DNA of 64,000 bases, taken from NCBI GenBank assembly GCA_034440395.1, contig JAWXBW010000048.1, positions 6,542 to 70,541 of the forward strand, in the 5' to 3' direction. Both the position numbers and the translations under genes were made by a program. The notes under the pieces were generated by a model, which was not told the DNA's origin, made no database searches, and worked only from the letters and a program-made list of their open reading frames with translations. Positions 28,590 through 37,190 of this stretch are shown here, piece by piece. Position 1 is the first letter of the stretch; every line of letters starts with the position of its first letter. Source of the stretch: Blastochloris sp. Its GTDB lineage: Bacteria; Verrucomicrobiota; Verrucomicrobiia; Methylacidiphilales; JAAUTS01.

Positions 28590-29260
28590 GCGGCGCCGCT
28601 CATTCTATATCCGATTCCACGAACTGTCTGAATCAACTGCAGAGATTCCCCATCGTCAATCTTCCGGCGTAATCGCTGAATATAGACATCGATCAGGTTT
28701 GTTCCTGGATCAAACTGATAATCCCACACATGCTCGCAGATCTGTGTCCGGGTAAAAACACGCCCTGGAGATCGAACTAAATATTCTAACAAAGAGAACT
28801 CCCTCGTTGTCAGCTCTATTTTCCTGTTGCCACGACAAACAGTTCTTTTTGCTGTATCCAACACAAGATCTTCAATTTTGTAGAGATTTAGGCTTTCCCC
28901 GCTGCCGCGGCGTATGAGGGCTCTGATGCGGGCAGCCAGCTCATCCACGGAAAAAGGCTTAGTCATGTAATCATCCGCTCCAAGATTGAGCCCTTCTACA
29001 CACTCATTGATTCCGCTCCGAGCGGTTAGAAATATCAAGGGAACACGGTTTCCTTTATCCCGCGCCTGTCTCAAAATACTGAGTCCGTCCCTGCCAGGAA
29101 GCATGACATCCAGAACCACTGCATCAAAAGGAGTTGATAGGATGGCCTGCAGTGCCTCGTCTCCGTTATGTAAAACATCCACTACAAAACCATTTTCCCG
29201 CAATCCTTTTCGGATCAGCTGGGCTAGGCGCTTTTCATCTTCAACAACTAAAATTCTCAT
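28586..29260 (-). CDS. OmpR-family response regulator
   Basis: REC domain MRILVVEDE...DVMLPGRDG...KPF and a winged-helix output domain (LTTREFSLLEYL...GIGYRM). ATG at 29260 is preferred; the ORF stays open to 29347. Confidence 0.85.
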   Translation of the reverse strand: MRILVVEDEKRLAQLIRKGLRENGFVVDVLHNGDEALQAILSTPFDAVVLDVMLPGRDGLSILRQARDKGNRVPLIFLTARSGINECVEGLNLGADDYMTKPFSVDELAARIRALIRRGSGESLNLYKIEDLVLDTAKRTVCRGNRKIELTTREFSLLEYLVRSPGRVFTRTQICEHVWDYQFDPGTNLIDVYIQRLRRKIDDGESLQLIQTVRGIGYRMSGAA

Positions 29261-29351
29261 GGGACAGGGAGCATCTTGATCTGGTAGTGGATCACGGACT
29301 GAAATTTCATCAATAATCATTATATTGTTTTTAAAAAAATGTAACAATCCT

Positions 29352-31589
29352 TCAGTTGACGGCAGATTTGATCAAGGGTGCTATTAGAACGAAAGCTCCC
29401 GCTCGCTTCAAAATCTTCCATTCTGAATCAGGAAAGTACTGCACAAAATCCTGATATAGAATGACTCCGAACGTATTAGGCTTATGCGCCATGCTTTTCT
29501 GAAGTTTTTCGGGAGAATCATAGAGACGGGTCTGCTGTTCAGGCTCAGTCTCTAGAACTAAGTCAGCTTCAGGACTTGTCATAGCTACCTTACCTCCTAG
29601 GTAAAACTCGAGTCCATGCGCCCTGATTCCCGAGGCAAAAACTGTAGGTTTGGATTTTCCGGTTTGACTTTGGATATGTTCGGCCAAGCTCCGAATCGAA
29701 GCCTGACGGCCAAAATAATCGTTCCACTGTTCCGCCTGGCTTGCGGCCAGTAGGAGGAAGAGAATACTGGAAGCTCCAACAACATAAAGTGTGCGTAACC
29801 TATATCCCTGCCTCTTCCAGTAGATGGCCAAGCCAAGGGCAAAAGCCGGAAAAAGAGGAAGAAGATAGGTTAGGAGTTTGGAACCACTAAGGGAAAGAAT
29901 GATAAACGGAGGAAGGATCCATCCCATCAAGAGCCAGTGATTGACGTTTAAAGGAAGCGGAAGTCTCGCCCTCTCCCAAAAGCGTTTCATCATGGAGGGG
30001 ACAAAAAAGACCCAAGGTAAAAATCCTCCCACAAAGACCGGAATGAAATACCAAAAAGGTTTTGACCTCCCATGAACGTTGCTGCCGAATCTTTGAATAA
30101 ATTCGTAACCAACAAAGTAGTCCAAGAGTTGAGGATAGCTTCTAATCATTATAACAAACCACGAGATGCTGATAATCAGAGTGAGGATTAATCCCTTGAT
30201 CCAAGGAATGGAAAATCTACTTCCGTTTTTGTCACTCCCGACTTGCAGGGCAAGAGCAACGGATGCGGGAACTATCCAAGCCATGGGACCCTTGGTTAAA
30301 AAACCTAGGCCCATCGCAATAAAAAATCCCATAAACCATAACCATGTTCCCTCCCGTGATTTCATCGCCTTCACGAGAAAGGCAATGGAGCTCACGATGA
30401 AAAAGGACATCAGCATGTCGGGCGTAAGAAAACGGGCTAAGGCAAAAAATAGGATTGAAGAGGAAAGGATAACGATACTGGGAAGCACGAGGGATCTTCC
30501 AAACATCATGGAGGCAATCCAGGCAGTCATAGCCAGTATTCCAAAGGCAGCAAACGTTGAAGGAAGGCGAGCCCCTACTTCATTGAAGCCGAAAATTTTG
30601 AGGGATGCCGCAGTTGCCCAGTAAATTATCGGCGGCTTTTGGAAATGAGGCAAGCCATTCAGTTTAGGTGTCATCCACTCGCCTGAAACTAACATTTCCC
30701 TTCCTATTTCCGCATAGCGTCCTTCGTCGGGTTCGTTCAAACCCCGTGTTCCGAGAAAAGCAAAAAAAGGCAGAATAAGAACACAGACCACCAAGAATTT
30801 TTTCCAAGCTGATGACTTAGACGTCAGCTTGGTCGGAGCGGCAACTGCTGGAACCACCCCATGCCGCGTGAGGCATCTCCTATTGATGAACCACCACATA
30901 CCGACCATATCTACCAGTGGACGCCATGACATGACCATAAGGCCGTAGTTGGACTTCCCTTTTAAACGGGGGCGATGATTGACGGCATGTTGAACAACGC
31001 AAAAGCCTGCCGCAACGGCCAAAGCCGGCATAAAAGAATAGAGAGTTTTCAAAGGAATGAATGACTCTGAGACCTCCCTCTTTAATACCTTGATGGCACA
31101 TCCTGTATCTTGGACTCCATCTCCCAAAAATCTTGATCGGATCGCATTTGCGAAACGAGACATCGTCCTTCTAAGAAGCGAGTCCTTTCTGTTAGCCCTC
31201 ACCCCGATTGCCATATCCGCCTGTTGATTCTTCTGTAAGGCAATTAGCGTTGGAATGTCTGCTGGGTCATTTTGCCCGTCTCCGTCGAGTATGATAAAGA
31301 TTTCGCCAAGAGCCTTTTTCATTCCAAAATACAGCGCTGAAGATTGTCCGCTATTTTGCTCAAACTGGAAAACACGGCATTCTGGCCAAGAGCTCGCTTT
31401 CTCCAAAAGTAGAGCCTGCGTTTGATCCTTGCTTTCATCGTCCACCAAAAGGATTTCGTAAGGAGCTCCTAGGGAATCCATCACTTGCCTAAGTTCAGAC
31501 AAGAGCGTGGAAAGATTTTCGGCTTCGTTATAAAATGGAATGATTACGGAATAGTAAACTGGGAGGGTCTGGAAAAGTGGATTGGACAT
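29352..31589 (-). CDS. Fusion protein: GT2 polyprenyl-phosphate glycosyltransferase (ArnC/DPM-like) + ArnT/PMT-like (GT39/GT83) membrane glycosyltransferase
   Basis: N-terminal part has YSVIIPFYNE, LLVDDESKD, ILDGDGQND and two TM helices. C-terminal part from about ORF aa 280 has NEPDEGRYAEIGREMLVSGEWMTPKLNGLPHFQKPPIIYW followed by many TM helices. One uninterrupted frame. Confidence 0.8.
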   Translation of the reverse strand: MSNPLFQTLPVYYSVIIPFYNEAENLSTLLSELRQVMDSLGAPYEILLVDDESKDQTQALLLEKASSWPECRVFQFEQNSGQSSALYFGMKKALGEIFIILDGDGQNDPADIPTLIALQKNQQADMAIGVRANRKDSLLRRTMSRFANAIRSRFLGDGVQDTGCAIKVLKREVSESFIPLKTLYSFMPALAVAAGFCVVQHAVNHRPRLKGKSNYGLMVMSWRPLVDMVGMWWFINRRCLTRHGVVPAVAAPTKLTSKSSAWKKFLVVCVLILPFFAFLGTRGLNEPDEGRYAEIGREMLVSGEWMTPKLNGLPHFQKPPIIYWATAASLKIFGFNEVGARLPSTFAAFGILAMTAWIASMMFGRSLVLPSIVILSSSILFFALARFLTPDMLMSFFIVSSIAFLVKAMKSREGTWLWFMGFFIAMGLGFLTKGPMAWIVPASVALALQVGSDKNGSRFSIPWIKGLILTLIISISWFVIMIRSYPQLLDYFVGYEFIQRFGSNVHGRSKPFWYFIPVFVGGFLPWVFFVPSMMKRFWERARLPLPLNVNHWLLMGWILPPFIILSLSGSKLLTYLLPLFPAFALGLAIYWKRQGYRLRTLYVVGASSILFLLLAASQAEQWNDYFGRQASIRSLAEHIQSQTGKSKPTVFASGIRAHGLEFYLGGKVAMTSPEADLVLETEPEQQTRLYDSPEKLQKSMAHKPNTFGVILYQDFVQYFPDSEWKILKRAGAFVLIAPLIKSAVN

Positions 31590-31790
31590 GATGTTCTCAA
31601 TAAAAAATATAGCCCACCCTCCTTTCCCCAACCCTCTTCCCTAGATGACAGTTTGTTCATGTTGGAGACGATTTACCCTGCGAATTATCTTTAGTAGGTT
31701 ATAGGCGGTGGAACGCACCTATTTTGTCTAATACCCTGAGAGGTAATGACTAGACTCCTTGAACTCTTTGTTCAAACTGGATGCTAACTT

Positions 31791-32936
31791 ATGCGTATAA
31801 CTTTGATCACAGGCTTTCTTGGTGCGGGAAAGACAACGCTGCTTAAAAGACTTCTACGCGAAATATCTCCTGAAAAAAGTATTGGTGTCATTATTAACGA
31901 CTTAAGTGAGTTAGATGTGGACGGCGAATTAGTTGGGTTAAGTCAGCGCGTTTCAGAAAAAGAGGGAACTCTTATCAGCCTTTCGTCAGGTTCTATTTCG
32001 GACAAAAGACGCCTAGAGTTCATTGAGGCTCTGGAGGTTATGGAAAAACAAAACCTAGAGCATCTCATCATAGAAACCTCTGGAGGGTCTCTGCCTGACA
32101 CAATCATTGAGGAACTTCAATCACGCCCTGCTTGCACACTCCATACCGTGCTCGTTATGGTGGATGCTCGCGCACTTTACTGCGATTACGCGTGCGGAGA
32201 AGCTCTGCTAAAGAGGACAACTGACGGGGAAATACCTTCGGGACTTTTTTCAACAGAACATCTGCTACTTGCTCAACTTCGTTCCGCCAGCGTCATAGCA
32301 CTCTCTAAAATTGATCTCATTCCCGAACTAGAGTTACCAGCGCTTCTCCGAGCACTTCAAAAAATTAATCCTACCGCTCAGTTGACGGCTTGCGTGTTCG
32401 GTAAGATTGATTCTAAAGTATTTTTTGATTCCGCTCCCTATGTGTCAGTTAAAAAATTACCTAGTCAGGTTCTGACCACGATAGAAGATTACGATATGGG
32501 AACGACGGTGCTGCGTGAGCCTAGGCCTCTCCATCCAGAACGGTTCTATCATCATTATTCGCAAAATCTGGGCTTGGGGATTTTCCGTAGTAAAGGCTTT
32601 ATCTGGATGGCTAGCCGTCCCGATCAGGTTTTGCTATGGAATCAGGCAGGGGGCGCTATGGGACTAGAATTACTTGCGTTGTGGAGAATTGCTATTCTTA
32701 AAGAAGGTAAACTATTACCTGAAGAGCTGGCAGAGCTAAAAAAACAATTAGCACACAGCCACCCGCTTTTCGGAGATAGAAATAATGAACTCACCGTGAT
32801 CGGTCAGGCGCGGGATCGACGCATATTTTGTGAGGGTTTACAGAGTTGCTTCTGCACGGACAGCGAAGTAGAGCACTGGCAACGTGGTGGCAGCTTTAAA
32901 GATCCTTGGCCTAAAAATTTGAAAACGATTTTCTAA
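31791..32936 (+). CDS. COG0523 (CobW/YjiA-type) G3E-family GTPase, CXCC-less variant
   Basis: P-loop GFLGAGKTTLL and a CobW_C-like C-terminus (RSKGFIWMASRPDQVLLWNQAGG). The position of the canonical GCxCC motif reads LSSGSISD. Confidence 0.85.
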   Translation: MRITLITGFLGAGKTTLLKRLLREISPEKSIGVIINDLSELDVDGELVGLSQRVSEKEGTLISLSSGSISDKRRLEFIEALEVMEKQNLEHLIIETSGGSLPDTIIEELQSRPACTLHTVLVMVDARALYCDYACGEALLKRTTDGEIPSGLFSTEHLLLAQLRSASVIALSKIDLIPELELPALLRALQKINPTAQLTACVFGKIDSKVFFDSAPYVSVKKLPSQVLTTIEDYDMGTTVLREPRPLHPERFYHHYSQNLGLGIFRSKGFIWMASRPDQVLLWNQAGGAMGLELLALWRIAILKEGKLLPEELAELKKQLAHSHPLFGDRNNELTVIGQARDRRIFCEGLQSCFCTDSEVEHWQRGGSFKDPWPKNLKTIF

Positions 32937-32959
32937 TTACGGGATAATCAAAAATACTA

Positions 32960-34030
32960 TTAGCTAGGAATCAAAGGTTGCTGTTGGGTAACGCAGTGGA
33001 TAGATCCGAGACCTGCGACTAAGGCGCTGCACTCAATCGGGATAATTTTACGATCAGGAAAGGCATCATTAAAAAGGGATAAAACGTGGGCTTCGTTCGG
33101 GGCGGAATAGACGGGAACCAAGACGATGTCATTGGCGATTAAGAAGTTAGCGTAGCTGGCGGGGGAACGACCAAAGGGACCTTCCACCCACTTGTCAGGC
33201 ATGGGGAGTTCAATAATGGTGAAGGGGTTGCCATCTTGGTCACGCATGTCACGTAGTTTACGTGCGTTGTTATCGAGGGGCAGAAAGTTAGGATCGGAAT
33301 GATTATTTTCTACCACGGTGAAAATGGTGTTGGCATTAACAAAGCGGGTGATGTCATCCACATGGCCGTCCGTATCGTCGCCCTCGATTCCTTCGTCCAG
33401 CCATAGGACATTCGTTACCCCTAGAAAGCGTTTCAGGTTGTTTTCGATTTGGGCTTGAGATAGGTGGGGGTTGCGGTTTTTATTAAGTAAACATTGCTTA
33501 GTGGTTAGGACGCTGCCACGGCCATTGACGTCGATGGAGCCGCCTTCGAGCACGAAGTCGTGTTGAATCAGGGGCAGTTGTAAAAGGCGAGTGGCGTGTT
33601 GGGGAATGGCATCGTCATCAGAATAAGGCTCATATTTTTTTCCCCATGCGTTAAAGATGAAATCATGAGCGACAAGAGGTTGTGTGGGATGGTTAGGATT
33701 AGTGATGAAAATAGGGCCGGAGTCGCGCAACCACGAGTCGTTGTAAGGGATGTGGCAAAGTTGTACGTTGCGGCGCAGGCAGCCGTGCTCTTGCAGCTTT
33801 TCTTCCAGAGAGTCATTGGCCTCGCAATCTTGTAGAAGAACGTAAACTTTTTCGTGGTGGCTAAGAGCGGAGATCATTTGCAGGTAAACGTTGCGGGCTT
33901 GTTCGAGGTGCTCGGGCCAGGTTTCCAGATTAGCAGGCCAAGCCAGCCACGTGGCCGCATGCGGTTCCCACTCAGCAGGCATACGATAACCTGTGAAATC
34001 AAAGGAGTCGGCTTGGGTGAGGGTGTTCAT
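32960..34030 (-). CDS. aguA: Agmatine deiminase
   Basis: YRMPAEWEPH, WLRDSGPIF, DGHVDD and C-terminal GSIHCVTQQQP with the catalytic Cys. Confidence 0.9.
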   Translation of the reverse strand: MNTLTQADSFDFTGYRMPAEWEPHAATWLAWPANLETWPEHLEQARNVYLQMISALSHHEKVYVLLQDCEANDSLEEKLQEHGCLRRNVQLCHIPYNDSWLRDSGPIFITNPNHPTQPLVAHDFIFNAWGKKYEPYSDDDAIPQHATRLLQLPLIQHDFVLEGGSIDVNGRGSVLTTKQCLLNKNRNPHLSQAQIENNLKRFLGVTNVLWLDEGIEGDDTDGHVDDITRFVNANTIFTVVENNHSDPNFLPLDNNARKLRDMRDQDGNPFTIIELPMPDKWVEGPFGRSPASYANFLIANDIVLVPVYSAPNEAHVLSLFNDAFPDRKIIPIECSALVAGLGSIHCVTQQQPLIPS

Positions 34031-34048
34031 GGCAGGATACAGTGCTTA

Positions 34049-34921
34049 TTAGTCGATGTAACGTTTAGTGATTTCTTCGTAGGAATCAATGCGGCGATCG
34101 CGCAAAAAGGGCCAATGCCGGCGAGTCGTATCCACTTCTTTTAAATCACAAGGAACGATGAGAATTTCTTCCTTATCTTGAGATCCGAGCTGGAGGATTT
34201 CACCAAAGGGATCACAGACGAAGGAGCCGCCCCAGAAGTCGAGATGACCTTCGCTGCCGACACGATTGGTGCTGGCAACAAAGACACCGTTAGCGATGGC
34301 GTGGCTGCGTTGGATGGTTTGCCACGCATCGGCCTGACACTTTTTTACTTCAGGTTTTTCCTCGTGTGCCCAGCCGATAGCGGTGGGATAGAAAAGGATG
34401 TCGGCACCTTTTAGCGCGGTGAGGCGGGCAGCTTCGGGATACCATTGATCCCAGCAGATGAGAACGCCAATTTCGGAATAGCGAGTCTTGAAGGTTTTAT
34501 AACCGAGATCGCCAGGGGTGAAGTAAAATTTTTCAAAGAAGGCAGGGTCTTCGGGGATGTGCATTTTACGGTAGATGCCAAGGAGGGATCCGTCGGCATC
34601 AATGACCGCGGCGGTGTTATGATAGAGGCCCTTTGCACGTTTCTCAAAAAGACTGGCGATGATGACAACCTGATATTCCTTAGCCACACGGGCAAGAGCT
34701 TCCGTGCTCAGACCCGGGATACTTTCAGCGAGGTCGAACTGTTCAAATTCTTCGGTGCGACAAAAATATTCTGTGCGAAAGAGTTCTTGCAGGCAGATAA
34801 TTTTTGCACCTTTTTTTGCGGCTTCTTCGCAACGAGCGACGGCCTTAGCGAGATTACCAGAGGGGTCGGGGGTGCAAGAAAACTGAATGAGTCCGATGTT
34901 AACGATGGATGGTTTGCTCAT
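34049..34921 (-). CDS. aguB: N-carbamoylputrescine amidase (CN-hydrolase family)
   Basis: Nitrilase-superfamily E-K-C triad context (CLQELF, YRKMHIP, LICWDQWYPE). Adjacent to aguA. ATG at 34921 is preferred over the GTG at 34936. Confidence 0.9.
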   Translation of the reverse strand: MSKPSIVNIGLIQFSCTPDPSGNLAKAVARCEEAAKKGAKIICLQELFRTEYFCRTEEFEQFDLAESIPGLSTEALARVAKEYQVVIIASLFEKRAKGLYHNTAAVIDADGSLLGIYRKMHIPEDPAFFEKFYFTPGDLGYKTFKTRYSEIGVLICWDQWYPEAARLTALKGADILFYPTAIGWAHEEKPEVKKCQADAWQTIQRSHAIANGVFVASTNRVGSEGHLDFWGGSFVCDPFGEILQLGSQDKEEILIVPCDLKEVDTTRRHWPFLRDRRIDSYEEITKRYID

Positions 34922-35227
34922 AGCTAGATGGTTCACATCTAAGAGCCGTTCGACAAGTCTAAAGGCAGTTTTTTGATTTATTGATTTGTACGAATTGACT
35001 TAATGCTCACAGTATCAATAGAAAGTAGTATACAAGATAAAATCACGACTGCGGTGAACTGTGGCACCGCGCCCAGCGAGAAGCAGACCAATATCCAATG
35101 TTGCAAAAATCTTGATTGCCCGATCCGTAATTTTTCCTAACATATTGTTACTGGAGGAGCCTAAGCGTTAACGGGGTTAAGAGCCAAAGGTAGGAGGGTA
35201 AATCTTTAGAAAGAAAATTACAGTGTT

Positions 35228-37099
35228 ATGAATCCATTTCAATATCCAAGAGATTCCACCCATGATGAAGCACCAAAGGAAAAGTTGTGCCTTGAAGTAA
35301 GCGATATTGCCGAATGGGTGGAATATTTGTGTGCTCAGCATGATCATTCACCTACTGAAGATAAGGTAGCCAGTTTCGGAATCTCAAGTTCTATCAGTGA
35401 TTCTATCCGTCAAATTTTTACGAACCAAGCTAGGGGTAAATCTCACCAACACCTGAGCGCAGAACATTTAGATGACACAATAGACACGACTGCAGATGAT
35501 ATCTACTTCTTAGGAGCAACCTTCTATGAATTAATATCAGGGGAGGCTCCATACAGAACGGGAGACGAATGTAACGATTCAGAAAAGTTACATCCTGAGT
35601 CGATGACGAAACGGCGTCAGCTACTCGGCCTAGTGGGAGAAGAGATACCTCAGGAATGGGAGGAAACGATTTTAGCCTGTTTGGATAGCGATCCTAGCAA
35701 ACGTCCGCAAAGTGCCAATGAAGTTACCGTGCGGCTAAAATTGAATACTCAAATAATCAAAAAAGCAGCAACCTCCATTAAAAAGGCCGCCAACAAAAAA
35801 CAGCTTTTAATAAGGATATTTATTATCACAGGTGTGCTCCTCTTACTTCTAGCTACTTACGGAACTTGGTATGGACTTAACGTCATCGTAGAAAAATATC
35901 AGATTGAGGAGCAGGCAAAACTTGATGCGGAAAAAAAGAAAATAGAAGAGAAGGCTAATGAGGAGGCACAAGCAAAGGCGGCTAAAGAGGAAGCTGAGAG
36001 GTTTCGATTAGAGGCTGAGAAGGCTGGGTTGGCGGAAGCAGAAAAAGTGAGGCTGGAGGCTGAGCGTTTGGCGAATGCGAAAGGCACGCTTACGGTAAGG
36101 ACGGCACCTAGTGAAGTTACGGTGAAACTGGGGGTGGAGAATTTACCACTAACCTCGGCGGATCTTAAGGCACTTAAAATCGGCACGTATCAAGTCACTT
36201 TGAGCCTAGAAGGCTATGAACCCGTCGTGCGAGAAGTTAAAATAATGGAGAACGAAACAACCGATTTGGGAATGATTAAGTTAATAAGGCAGACGGGTAG
36301 TGTTGCCTTGACTAGTGTTCCTTCAGGTGCCGCAGTGTTTAGTAATGAGCGGGAAATTGGAAAAACACCTCTTATTATGAAAGATGTCCCTACTGGGTCA
36401 GTAAGCTATCAACTTACGTTCAAAGGGTATGAAGTAACTTTATCCAATTTAATCGTAAAGTCCAAGCAACAAAAGAATTTAGAAGTTAAGTTAGAAAAAC
36501 TAAATAATCCCGTTCGGGGGCAAAATTTTACAGCCGGCAACGGGATGAAGATGAATTGGGTGGCTCCCCTAAAAATATGGGTAGGGGTATATGAGGTAAC
36601 ACAGGAAGAATATAAGATGGTGATGGGAGTGAACCCGAGTGAATTTCAAGGCACTAGAAAGCCTGTGGAGAAGGTAAATTGGAATGAAGCGCAGGACTTT
36701 TGTTTGAAATTAACGAATGCAGATAGAGCTTCGGGATTACTTCCGGAGTCGATGAAATATCAGCTCCCCACTGAGCGACAGTGGGAACTCTTTGTGGCAG
36801 ACACTAGGCTAAGAGATGCAGTGACCACAGAAACAAGAGAGCGCACCACGACGGAGAATGTAGGCAGCCTAGGAAACAATCAATATGGTTTATATGATTT
36901 GCGAGGTAATGTTTCAGAATGGTGTGAAGATATCTATAAACCCTCTGAAAACTGGCGAACCTTACGAGGTGCTTCTTGGAATAACAGCAACCCCACTCAG
37001 TTAGATTTATCTTATCGCTTTTTTAGTGAACCGAATGAACGCAGCTATGATGTAGGTTTTCGTGTAGTGATGTCAACGGGGTCAGCCGCTGAAAATTGA
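35228..37099 (+). CDS. Membrane protein: Ser/Thr-kinase C-lobe remnant + TM + coiled coil + 2 PEGA domains + FGE-sulfatase (SUMF1-like) domain
   Basis: aa 77-170 look like kinase subdomains IX-XI only (DDIYFLGATFYELISGEAPY, CLDSDPSKRPQSANEV). TM at about aa 193-220. E/K/A-rich coiled coil. PEGA (VPSGAAVFSNEREIGKTP). FGE motifs (NWNEAQDFC, YGLYDLRGNVSEWCED, LRGASWN, GFRVV). Confidence 0.8.
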   Translation: MNPFQYPRDSTHDEAPKEKLCLEVSDIAEWVEYLCAQHDHSPTEDKVASFGISSSISDSIRQIFTNQARGKSHQHLSAEHLDDTIDTTADDIYFLGATFYELISGEAPYRTGDECNDSEKLHPESMTKRRQLLGLVGEEIPQEWEETILACLDSDPSKRPQSANEVTVRLKLNTQIIKKAATSIKKAANKKQLLIRIFIITGVLLLLLATYGTWYGLNVIVEKYQIEEQAKLDAEKKKIEEKANEEAQAKAAKEEAERFRLEAEKAGLAEAEKVRLEAERLANAKGTLTVRTAPSEVTVKLGVENLPLTSADLKALKIGTYQVTLSLEGYEPVVREVKIMENETTDLGMIKLIRQTGSVALTSVPSGAAVFSNEREIGKTPLIMKDVPTGSVSYQLTFKGYEVTLSNLIVKSKQQKNLEVKLEKLNNPVRGQNFTAGNGMKMNWVAPLKIWVGVYEVTQEEYKMVMGVNPSEFQGTRKPVEKVNWNEAQDFCLKLTNADRASGLLPESMKYQLPTERQWELFVADTRLRDAVTTETRERTTTENVGSLGNNQYGLYDLRGNVSEWCEDIYKPSENWRTLRGASWNNSNPTQLDLSYRFFSEPNERSYDVGFRVVMSTGSAAEN

Positions 37100-37190
37100 A
37101 TGAGCGAGATGAAGCGTAGTAATTATTTTTGTATCACCTTTATTTTTCATCTGAACCTATCCCTCTCCTTTCGAGAATTCTCAGGATACT

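Noticed and set aside
35054-35140. 28-codon GTG ORF upstream of the FGE protein encoding a Cys-rich peptide (NCGTAPSEKQTNIQCCKNLDCPIRNFS), possibly a zinc-ribbon remnant.
   Set aside because: No RBS and no recognisable family, it is too short to evaluate, and it could easily be a chance ORF.
36950-37099. Possible diversity-generating retroelement (DGR) target, because FGE-sulfatase/C-type-lectin folds are the usual DGR variable proteins.
   Set aside because: No reverse transcriptase gene is in the window, and I could find no template-repeat copy of the gene's 3' end nearby. The downstream gap is only 91 nt and unrelated.
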